From contig OZ024746.1 in assembly GCA_964016885.1 (NCBI GenBank), positions 40,672,001 through 40,736,000 on the forward strand: 64,000 nucleotides of DNA. The letters are read 5' to 3'. This document shows positions 23,898-32,716 of the stretch, in pieces. The DNA comes from Eledone cirrhosa. Its lineage: Eukaryota. Numbering within the stretch: the first letter of the stretch is position 1; each line of letters begins with the position of its first letter. Under the pieces are notes generated by a model. That model was not told the origin of the DNA. It made no database searches and saw only the letters and a program-made list of their open reading frames with translations. A program made the translations under genes and the position numbers.

Positions 23898-26800
23898 ATG
23901 TATATGTGTATATATATCATCATCATCATCGTTTAACGTCCACCTTCCACGCTAGCATGGGTCTGGACGGGAATTGTCTCACTTGAGGCAAGATTGGTTG
24001 TCTTGCTCAGGACTGTCTGGTGGGCTTTCTACGGCTAGGTGCCCTTCCCAACACGAACCACGTTTACAGTGTGTACTGGGAGGTTTTTACCGTGTTACCT
24101 ACACGGCCACATTACAGCGTGGACTGTGTTTTTTTGTCGTGACACCTACACGACCTCATTTGTTTCGGACTGGATGTTGTGGTACCAACATAACTTCACA
24201 TTTAAGGGGGTGGTGTGGATGGAGTGGAGGTAGTGGGACGGGGGTGTATTTTGTTAGAGGTGCCTACTGACTGTAGGTTTCGCTTTGTACTTAGGCAAGG
24301 CGGGTCTTCTGTATAACTGTGTAGCACCAAAGATCTCGGTCCAGTGACATTGTCTTGGAGAGGTGTAAGTGTGTGAGGTCAGAATTTATCAAGTCGTCCC
24401 AAGTTTTTCTGGGTCTGCCTACTCCGTGGCTACCGTCTATTTTTATCGCCCTGCACTTTTTTATACAGCTGTCGTCTTTCATACGCATCACATGACCGTA
24501 CCAACGTAGTCTTCTCTCGAGTAAACAACATCTGATCCTCTTATTCCTAATTTCTCCCTTAGTTCGTTTATGCTTTGCCGTTCACGTATATTACTATTAC
24601 ACATCCAGCGGAGCATGCAAGCTTCGTTTCTCTCCAGTCTGCGTATATCCTCAGCACACAATGCCCATGGCTCACTGCCATGTAACATTGCTGTTCGTAT
24701 GCAGGCATCATACAGCCTGCCTTTCATTTTTAGAGAGAACCCTTTAGCGGCCAATAGTGGTATAAGCTCTCTGAACTTTTTCCATCCCGTTCTGACTCTA
24801 GCTACTGTATTTTCAGAGCACCCTCCCCCACTGCTGATTTTGTCACCCAGGTAACGGAAGCTGTCCACTATTTCTATAGAACCATCTGTGCAATGGAATG
24901 AGCTAGTATTTTATGGGCACTTGCTGCTACTTATTGCACCAGAGCACCGGCCACATATAAAATCTATATTCTTAGTTAGCTTACCTGTGATCCCACTACA
25001 TCTTTTATGCACCCTTTGCATTTGGGACATAAAATGGAGTTTTTGCCTACTCCTTTCCTACACACTGAGCATGGCCATTTCCCAGATGGGACCGGTGCCC
25101 TATTTTCCTTCCTACAAACTAGAACTTTAGTCTTAGACAAGTTAACTTTAAGGCCTTTTGATTCTAGGCCATGCTTCCATGTTTGGAATTTCTTCTCTAG
25201 TTCCGCCATTGATTCAGCTATGAGCGTTAGATCATCTGCATATATATATATATATATATATATATAATGTGTATAACTGTTTCATTCTTTTAGATGATGG
25301 AGTAGCCAGAGGAGAAGATGCTCTCACAGTTCTTGAGGCCCTGCAAACAAGAAATCTGTTGATGGAAGACTTAATGGAGGTAAAATTTGTTTGTACTATC
25401 TGCATAAATAAAGACATTATCATCACCTGTGGGATTCAAATGGTAGCATTTCTGTCCAGCAAGCATAAAGGTGTGGATTTCAGTTCTACAGGTGTTAATG
25501 TCCATTTTTTCCCTATATATGCACTATAATTTAGACTATTTTTCTATAGTTAAAAATTCACTGAAGTTTCAAACTTGCTCATAAAGAAAAAATTACTTTG
25601 ACCAATTACTAGTTTCCTCTACATCCTCAACCATCCTATCACTTTAGTTCTTCCCTTCACACTCATATCCATTACCTACCCTCTTTCAATTTAATCATTT
25701 CTCCTCTCCTAATCACACTCTTCTTCAATTTTGCCTTCAAAGAATGGAGATGATTTGTAGAGAGAAGACAAAGCAACTTTTCCTGTATTGGTCCTATAAT
25801 AAATGCATCCAGTACACTCTGCAAAGTAGTAAGGGATTGGATGAAGACTGTTTGGTAGAGGGGCTTCTTTAGTATTGTTGAGAACATGACAACCACTCTT
25901 GTGTTGGGGCCACAATAAAATACACTCAGTCCATTCTGTAAAATGTTTGGTGTTAGGAAAGAAACCCAACTGTAGAAATCATACCAAACATGGAACATAC
26001 ACTGGGCAGTCACTCTGAATATGAACTAATACAGGCTATAACGACCATCCAATCCATGCCAGTATACAAAGTGGATGTAAAAAAGATCATGGTGATGAGT
26101 GAGTAGTCATAGTCAACAGAATGATCCTCAATATATTATTGTCATTTATTTTCTCTATTTTCAAAATATGAAAGACAATATGAAGTTTGGTGGAATTCAA
26201 ACATAAATTAACCCTTTCATTATCATATTTCTAACAAAAGACAATGTCTGTGGTTTTCTGTTGATTTTAAAATTATTAAAGAATTTAAGGGGATTAATAT
26301 AGCTTTCTCATTGTTAAGAATGTAACTTAACAAAGGTTCTTATACAAAATTATGATGAAAGTTTCTTAAATAAACACTTTAAAACAAACAGTTTTGTATC
26401 ATAAAATCATGGGCAGTTTCAGGTGGTTTGGTATCAAAAGGGTTAACAACATTGAACTTCTTGTGTATGAATTGGTCTTAGGTTGTTGTTGTTTGCCTGA
26501 TTGGGATCAGAGATCAGTGATCAGTTTTCAGGATCCTTGGGCCCCAAATATTGAACTCCATTCCATAAAGCATAAATTTGTTTTTCTAACATCAGTGTCA
26601 TTAAACTAACAATAATAATTTAAGACATTGTAAAATTGTTAATGATAGGAAGGGCATCCAGCCATAGAAAGCTTACCAGGCAAAGAATTATGAGGACCCT
26701 TCAGTTGTGTCAAAGATATGACAACTTTTTTGGTGCTGATGCCACAATAAAATGTACTCTAAACCAAGATGCAGGCTCCTGGCCTGTCTGGGTGTTCAGT

Positions 26801-28638
26801 AGCCCTGCTTCAGTACTAACTCGGTCTGTGAAGACCTGTCAAACCCTTGCTAGCAGAGAAAGCAGACACTAACCCTTTAGCATTTACATTACTCTATATA
26901 AACTATTGTATTTTCACGGTAAAAGCTTTACCTCACATAGTATCGAATCTATGAGATTTTAATACTATTTATTTTGAGAACAATACCTTAAAGTCAGTAT
27001 GAGGAGCCAGTTATGGCCGGACTGAACAGAAAGAGGTGAGAGAATTCTGGCCAGATACAGCCAGTTTAAATGCTAAAGGGTTAAATAATGATGTTGATTA
27101 GAAGTTGGGAACTAAATAACAGATGTGATTATGAGAAATTTAAAACAAATATCAAATCCATTGTATTGCAGATCCATCTAACTATGAAAATGATGAGAAT
27201 TTGAAAATGTTTTCTGTTGAAACAGTTACCTTGTCAATATTTATAATATAACCATGTGTAAATGTCTGTATTTCTACAGCTGAAATTTTTTCTCAACCAA
27301 CGCTTAACTGAGCTTCAAGAACCTATTAATACTGTAAGCATGACACAGTTTGAAAATGCATCACAGGATATCCTTTTATCAGCAGAAGAGATTTCTTCAA
27401 TGATAGAGCTCGTAAAATCAACCTGGAACCTCTTTACTTTAGAACGAGCAAAGCATTTATTGCAAATTAAACGATCTCCAAAGTAAGCACATACAATTTT
27501 CTTTCATTCTAATCATTCTACATTAACATTTTATGAATCAAGATTTAATCTAGACTTTTTGCATTTTTATCTCTACTTCTATTCTATGAACAACTGTTGA
27601 AACCCTATGAAGTTAGTTATCCATAAAAACCATACAACCTAAAAAATATTTCTGGTTAACAAAATAGCCACCTTAATGCCCGAGAAAGATATCCACTCTG
27701 AAGTATAAAGTAGATAGAGAGAATTCTACATCTGCTTTATGTAAAGTCATCAACTATGACTATATATTACTCTAAAGGGTCTGACTGAAAAAAATTAGAA
27801 GATTCTGTAGATTACTCAGAAATAAAACAGTTCCATTATTTTTCAGATATGTTGAAAGACTGCAAGACAGTCTACGGCAAAACTTGATCCTGGCTGATAA
27901 GATGGTCTTTCAAGAGAAAGAAATGGCAAGGAGAAGACAGGTAGCTCAGAAAGAAGAAGAAGAACTACAACCAAAACTTGATGTTTTACGGTGTGAAACA
28001 AAAGAACTTAAAAAACAGGTAAAGATTGAAAATATAATAGTTGTGCAGCTGTAGAAATCATGCCAAAAAATAGGTTGAGAAGATTCTTGAGCTGTGTCAA
28101 GGGCATGACAACCTTTCTAGTGTTGGTGTCATGATAAAATGTATCCAATGCAGGAACATATATAAGATGTGAGTCCCTCAGTTGGTCTGAGAGATCACAG
28201 GCTCCATTTAAGTACCGACTTAGTGATGACCTGACCAACCTTTACTGGCAAAGAAAATAAACATTAAATGATAATGATTTATATATACATACAGTACATG
28301 CACACATGTATATTATTTGAGATAAACCACTAATGTAAATATGTATGTTAATGCTATATATTACTGTAGCATTTTGTGGCAAAACCTTCAGTTCTCTGGC
28401 TTTCATTTCCTCCTTTGTTATCTTTAGCCAGTGTTCTTATGTATAATATTTTGTATTACTAAAAGTTTTATATAAATTCAAGTAGGAAAATGATAAACAG
28501 TTTTTTAAATTTAATTTTTCTTTTGGAACAAGAGACAAATACTAATGTACTTTCTTCTCTTTATAGATTGAAAGTGAGGTATCTAAGAAATACAACAACA
28601 GAATTGTCAATATTATGGGAGAAATTAATGTTGTTTGA
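8876..28638 (+). CDS. CDK5RAP3: CDK5 regulatory subunit-associated protein 3 (C53/LZAP; UFM1 pathway adaptor), complete, 14 coding exons, 511 aa
   Basis: Spliced translation contains [41 protein letters not shown], two [26 protein letters not shown] and [23 protein letters not shown]. Exon sum is 1536 nt with matching phases; in-frame TGA at 8861 upstream of the ATG. Confidence 0.96.
9094..10583 (-). mobile_element. RTE-clade LINE family A, 5'-truncated, frameshifted
   Basis: [46 protein letters not shown]; (GAT)n tail; internal deletion and ~28-bp duplication relative to the 32717 copy. Confidence 0.93.
11077..11142 (+). ncRNA. Type I minimal hammerhead ribozyme (Penelope-type)
   Basis: TATTTTAT-CTGATGA-AAGCGCACCA..TGGTGGCCCTT-GAAA-TATGTA-TA-ATGAAATA; all core nucleotides present, 8-bp helix I. 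Confidence 0.7.
11223..11555 (+). mobile_element. tRNA-derived SINE with RTE-A 3' tail
   Basis: Head ggaggcacatggcttagtggttagagc...gagttcaattct; CORE-like ccttgagcaaaacactt; last 50 nt identical to the RTE-A 3' end. Confidence 0.88.
11726..11857 (+). CDS. CDK5RAP3: CDK5RAP3 coding exon 2
   Basis: [13 protein letters not shown]...IIKRP; tgtag/gtaagt; 132 nt. Confidence 0.95.
12389..12492 (+). CDS. CDK5RAP3: CDK5RAP3 coding exon 3
   Basis: [13 protein letters not shown]...[13 protein letters not shown]; aag acceptor, gtgatt donor; 104 nt. Confidence 0.9.
12520..12745 (+). mobile_element. Meta-like SINE, tail type 1
   Basis: Same head, core and tail as 543-730. Confidence 0.8.
12829..13015 (+). 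mobile_element. Meta-like SINE, tail type 1, full length with TSD
   Basis: 17-bp TSD attatgactctttatat at 12807-12823 and 13016-13032. Confidence 0.9.
13560..13608 (+). CDS. CDK5RAP3: CDK5RAP3 coding exon 4
   Basis: [16 protein letters not shown]; ccag/gtgagt; 49 nt. Confidence 0.93.
13650..13786. repeat. (TA)n/(TG)n compound microsatellite
   Basis: Direct reading; similar tracts at 15760-15870, 16480-16640, 23866-23916, 50221-50270, 57780-57825. Confidence 0.95.
13843..13948 (-). ncRNA. Hammerhead ribozyme motif with extended helix II (one core substitution)
   Basis: Minus strand: TATT-CCGATGA-TTTGATTAGG..59 nt..CCTAATCAAA-GAAA-CAATTG-TT-AATA, then AATAAA. Confidence 0.6.
13952..14406 (-). 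mobile_element. RTE family B 3' fragment (left arm of inverted pair)
   Basis: Matches 23917-24380; (GAT)n tail. Confidence 0.85.
14444..14954 (+). mobile_element. RTE family B 3' fragment (right arm of inverted pair)
   Basis: [26 protein letters not shown]...KTRLT*, 3' UTR, (GAT)n tail. Confidence 0.85.
15633..15670 (+). ncRNA. Minimal hammerhead motif in a putative Penelope-like terminal repeat (~14995-15758)
   Basis: CTGAGGA-A-GGGC-TTAT-GCCC-GAAA-CG-TC, followed by AATAAA (~15704) and (TA)n; helix I is weak. Confidence 0.6.
15876..16257 (+). mobile_element. tRNA-derived SINE with RTE-A 3' tail (copy with an extra internal unit)
   Basis: Near-identical to 11223-11555, plus a duplicated aaaaagcacccagc..cactgtaaa unit. 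Confidence 0.88.
16296..16369. repeat. 24-bp perfect inverted repeat with A/T spacer
   Basis: atatgaaagacgtaaaataagaaa ... tttcttattttacgtctttcatat. Confidence 0.85.
17358..17399. repeat. 42-bp perfect palindrome, no spacer
   Basis: aataataaaaccctgaaaaaa|ttttttcagggttttattatt. Confidence 0.9.
17540..17628 (+). CDS. CDK5RAP3: CDK5RAP3 coding exon 5
   Basis: [30 protein letters not shown]; ctag/gttatt; 89 nt. Confidence 0.94.
18526..18615 (+). CDS. CDK5RAP3: CDK5RAP3 coding exon 6
   Basis: DCFKKESD...SCKKFGIK; acag/gtaaga; 90 nt. Confidence 0.93.
18876..19045. repeat. Short imperfect tandem duplication (~103-bp period)
   Basis: ggagagagtg..catgtccagactgtca..tgcatgttgaagtgta occurs at ~18876 and ~18979. 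Confidence 0.7.
19496..19632 (+). CDS. CDK5RAP3: CDK5RAP3 coding exon 7
   Basis: [16 protein letters not shown]...[11 protein letters not shown]; acag/gtcagt; 137 nt. Confidence 0.93.
20200..20830 (+). mobile_element. CR1-clade LINE 3' fragment (same family as 742-1621)
   Basis: Near-identical to 994-1621; (ATT)n tail. Confidence 0.9.
21174..21336 (+). CDS. CDK5RAP3: CDK5RAP3 coding exon 8
   Basis: ...[15 protein letters not shown]...PDEN; gaag/gtaatt; 163 nt. Confidence 0.92.
21367..21715 (+). mobile_element. Meta-like SINE, tail type 2 (ctggaagaaatctg...ggagttacgggacc)
   Basis: Same head and core as type 1 but a different 3' half; related copies at ~30340, 39290, 44725, 47140, 55070, 57015, 58805, 61797. 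Confidence 0.8.
22480..22581 (+). CDS. CDK5RAP3: CDK5RAP3 coding exon 9
   Basis: [34 protein letters not shown]; ttag/gtagag; 102 nt. Confidence 0.92.
23179..23387. mobile_element. piggyBac-like MITE family A
   Basis: TTAA|CCCTTTAGCA ... TAAAGGG|TTAA. Confidence 0.82.
23713..23788 (+). CDS. CDK5RAP3: CDK5RAP3 coding exon 10
   Basis: [25 protein letters not shown]; atag/gtttgt; 76 nt. Confidence 0.9.
23917..25241 (-). mobile_element. RTE-clade LINE family B, 5'-truncated at YADD
   Basis: [42 protein letters not shown]; long 3' UTR; (GAT)n tail; both ends lie in (TA)n. Confidence 0.92.
25294..25379 (+). CDS. CDK5RAP3: CDK5RAP3 coding exon 11
   Basis: [29 protein letters not shown]; ttag/gtaaaa; 86 nt. 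Confidence 0.94.
26212..26442. mobile_element. piggyBac-like MITE family B
   Basis: TTAA|CCCTTTCATTATC ... GGTATCAAAAGGG|TTAA; relatives at ~2330-2500, ~7790-8402, ~59560-59747. Confidence 0.75.
26873..27080. mobile_element. piggyBac-like MITE family A
   Basis: CCCTTTAGCATTTA ... TAAATGCTAAAGGG|TTAA. Confidence 0.85.
27280..27482 (+). CDS. CDK5RAP3: CDK5RAP3 coding exon 12
   Basis: [12 protein letters not shown]...HLLQIKRSP; acag/gtaagc; 203 nt. Confidence 0.94.
27847..28018 (+). CDS. CDK5RAP3: CDK5RAP3 coding exon 13
   Basis: [13 protein letters not shown]...[18 protein letters not shown]; tcag/gtaaag; 172 nt. Confidence 0.94.
28567..28638 (+). CDS. CDK5RAP3: CDK5RAP3 coding exon 14 (last)
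   Basis: [23 protein letters not shown]; atag acceptor; TGA at 28636-28638. Confidence 0.94.
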   Translation: MESEVSKKYNNRIVNIMGEINVV

Positions 28639-28703
28639 GAATAACCAAAGCTACTATTATCATTGTTGTTTTTCTGAGAGGAGACGTTCTTTTAAAAAGA
28701 CCA

Positions 28704-28709
28704 AATAAA
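28704..28709 (+). terminator. Candidate polyadenylation signal of CDK5RAP3
   Basis: AATAAA 65 nt after the stop codon, followed by a U-rich tract. Confidence 0.45.
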
Positions 28710-28833
28710 TGTTATATCAATAACCTAGAATTGTTCAAAGAATTATTTGTTGAATTATCAAAGCACATGGTTCTGGGTTTAGTCCCACTGTGCAGCACCT
28801 TGGACAAGTATCTACTAGTATAGCTTCAGGTTG

Positions 28834-29150
28834 AAGGTGCATGGCTTAGTGGTTAGAGCATTGGGCTTGCAATCGGAAGGTTGTGAGTTTGATTCTCGGA
28901 CCACGTGATTCTTTGTCTCCTTGAGCAAAACACTTTATTTCATGTTACTCCAGTTCACTCAGCTGTAGAAATGAGTTGTGACGTCACAAGTGCCGAGCTG
29001 TATCAGCCATTGCCTTGGACAACATCGGTGGCATGGAGAGAGAAGATTGGTATGCACGGGCGACTGTTGGTCTTCCACAAACAACCTTGCCTGGACTTGT
29101 GCCTCGGAGGAAAATTTTCTAGGTTCAAATCCCATGGTCTTTGTAATTGA
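28834..29150 (+). mobile_element. tRNA-derived SINE (CORE-like centre, different tail)
   Basis: Head as at 11223; tail homologous to 4195-4380. Confidence 0.75.
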
Positions 29151-29375
29151 ATTTGGTAGAAGGAAACTGCAGATGTCTATCATATATCATCATTTTACAT
29201 CCACTTTTAATATGGAATAGGTTGGATGGGTTGTTATTATCAGAGACTAGACTGGTGGAAGTCGCGGATTTTGAAAAGTATTCTAACAACTCCATCAATT
29301 CATTGTTGTACTTCCACTGAATTAGTTGTTGCGCTTGATATTAGAATGGCAAGAGTTGTTTCCCTTCGGTAAATT

Positions 29376-29407
<32 letters not shown>

Positions 29408-31407
29408 CTAAATGGATGACCTTGATAGTTTAAAGTGTCCCAAGGTGTTGGTTTCTCCACATGGTATGTATGTGTACACTGGTGGATGGAAATGAAGAGA
29501 TTTGGGAGAGTTTTATCGGGTGTATGAAAATTGAATATTTGGATATGAAGTGAGTAGTAAAAATGTGAAAATTTCACCTGAGGAAGTACTGCTTACAACA
29601 CTGTCTTGGCTTGGAGGATTTGGCAAAGTTGATAGAAATCGTTTTGATAAGAGACCCGGAAAACCAGTGGCATTTTTTATAGTGGAAGAGCTTACAAGAT
29701 ATGTGATGCACAAAGGCATCTTTTCTTTTTGGGGTAGTAATCTCCAGTGCTGGGGCTACAATAAAATACTTATAGTACACCCTGCAAAGTGGTAATGTTG
29801 GTACCATGATAAAATTCACCCAGTCCACTCTACAAGGTAGATGTGCTGGTGTTACGAAAAACTTACCTGTGATGGTGTCACACAAAAAATGCATCCAACA
29901 CAACCTATCTAATATTGGACTGTGACAGCTCGTCCAACCCATACCAGAGGAAGAAGAAGACATAAAATGATGATGAGGAGTCTTGCAGAAATTGCAGGGA
30001 TGAGTAAAAAGTCCTTCAGTTGGTGAAGATGGATAATTTTTTTTCAGGTATTACATGCCATGTTCTTTGTACTGCTGTATGAACACCTTGAAGTTGTAGG
30101 CTTTTGTTTTGTGAGAGACATGAAAGGATATACCTTAAGGAGTGGTTTTGGTCACTTGCTTAGCTGTTTGAAATGGGTCATAGTGTGTGAGGTAGGGAAG
30201 TGGAGTGGGGGTGGGGGTTGAGACATTTTCTGGCAGGAATAATTTGCATAAAATTGGCAGCGTTTTGATTTGAAGTGCCTTAGGATATGGATGTGAGGGT
30301 ATTGTGCAGTATGTGGATTTATTGTGGGTAGCTATGATTAGTATGTATGGACCCATAACTCCTGAGCGAATTGTAGGTGTGCCATATTGACATACAACGT
30401 TTCTGGGGTATTTTTAAAATCTAGTGTAGCCCATCTCTTCTCCAGGTTTGAATACAGCAGATTTCTTCCAGAGAAAGATAGAAAGGGAAAGAAACACAGA
30501 GGAAGAATCGGCCCCAGTACTATCGATCTTGAATGGATGAAAGGAAAAATAGCAAACAATAAAGATAGGATACTTTTTATTTTATTTTTGTTTGAGAGGG
30601 TTCTTCAGTTGTGTTAAAGACATGACAACCTCCCTTGTTCTGGTGCCACAGTACACTCTGTAAAGTGCAGCCTTTGGGCTGTCTGAGAGGTCAGTAGCTC
30701 TGACAAAGTACTGACTTGGCCTGTGATGAACCTTCCAACCCTTGGTAGCAGGGGAAATGGATGTTAACCGATGATGATGATGATTCCAGAGAAGAAAGGC
30801 AGAATCTATATTGGAGAAGTTGATGTCTGTAGGTAAAACTGTTGGCAGTGAGAGTGCTCTACAATGTTGCTCTTTTTGAGTTAAAAGGTTTGGGGTTGGT
30901 TTTGGTGTAGTGTGATGGGGGAATTAGTTGGGAGTACAGATAGTTTTATAGTTCAGAGAATCAGAATCTGTTATTGTAATGGTAGGGAATAGAAAAGAAG
31001 GATACAATGTTCCATCTCTTTATGTTCTGAATTCAAATTCTCCTGTGGTCTACTTGGGTGGTTGACTTAATTTGTTACCTGGTTTAACACCCTTTGGTGC
31101 CTTTAGTAGAGTTCACTTTATTCTAAGCATTTTGGACCAGATCTTCCCATCAGTCCTGAAAATGGTCATAGGCACTTCCCTTTTGTCCCTGACTGAACAG
31201 GTAAGGAGTGTTATGTGCCTTATCTAAGGTGACAGCATAATAGTAAATGGAAGGTCTGTACACAATGTGTTCTAAAATCTAGACCCCGAGTAAGATGACT
31301 GGATAACATCCATGAGCTCAGCTAGTCTTGTTTGGGGATCCAACCAGATCAAGCTGCTTCTCACAGAACCTGCTGGAGGACATATTTGAGGAATCTTCCA
31401 AGATTAA

Positions 31408-31640
31408 CCCTTTAGCATTTACATTACTCTATATATACTATTGTATTTTCACGATAAAGGCTTTATCTTAAACAATATCTCACATAATATCGAATCTATC
31501 AGATTTGGATATTATTTATGTTGAGAACAATATCTTAACATCGGTATGAGTTGCCAGTTATGGGCTGTTTGCACAGAAAGAGGTGAGAGAATTCTGGCTG
31601 GATATGGCTAGTTTAAATGCTAAAGGGTTATGCTAAAGGG
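31408..31640. mobile_element. piggyBac-like MITE family A with duplicated right end
   Basis: TTAA|CCCTTTAGCA ... tgctaaagggtta tgctaaaggg|TTAA. Confidence 0.82.
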
Positions 31641-32716
31641 TTAAGATGAAGAAATTTTATGTAATTTTATCTAGCCACTGTAAAGTATTTTATGCTAAGG
31701 AAAAATAAATAAAGTTTGCTGGCAAGCAAAATACGGATGTTAACAGCTGTAAAAAAACTTCCAAACTGTTCAAGATGTTAATAGAAGATAACAAACTCTA
31801 CTGACATACTAACTTCTATGTATTATTTACTGCGATTCATTAAATATTTTATTGGGTTGTGTGTGTGCAAAACACTTCATTTCACGTTGTTCCAGTATAC
31901 TCAGCTGAATATGAGTACCAGCAGTAGCTGGGGATTTAACCCTGCAATGGACTGGTATCTTTTACTTTTAGTTGCTCAACGTCACATAAACTGGGGTAAG
32001 CACTGGCCAGATGAGCCTCCATGCTTGAGGCAGCTTTTAGACATCTTGAGTTAATTCACAATATATAACAGATATTGCTTATTAAAGTTTTTTATAGACT
32101 ATGATAAACAGTATTTGCTATAGTGATTCAATGGGTCAGCCATGTCACAAACATACACACATACACACTATCGTGGTGACTCTCCTTGAGAATTGTGTCA
32201 AAAGTACATGTATTGGTGGAATGTTCAACCATGAGCATGTTAATTTCATGAACTAGCTATTTCCTTGGTCAAACAACTGGGACACACATCATTGGTGGAA
32301 ATCCAACACACATACAAGGTTATATAGTGTTGGCATAGAAACTGTTTATATACCTCTGATGATGATCATTTGGTCTTTAAGAATCATTTCTTAAGTATAT
32401 ATCACAATGTTTGATGCTGTTAAATAAATAACTATTTTGTCTGTAAATGTCATCACCTTTCTATAGTTGGGTTGAACACCAGCTGATAAATATGACACTA
32501 CAATATGAAAGATAGCTTAGGCAACATCATAACACTAACAATATATTATATTACACATTTTCTCACTCTGATATCAATATAATAAATACTAGTCTTTACA
32601 CTGGGACAATTAAATTTTCTAAGTATTTGCAACCAGGACATTACTAAACATACAAACAAATACTCACACAAACACACTCATATTTATATCATCATCAACA
32701 TCATCGTTTATAATTA

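Noticed and set aside
32356-32385. CTGATGA followed by a small hairpin (also at 18275)
   Set aside because: No GAAA after the stem
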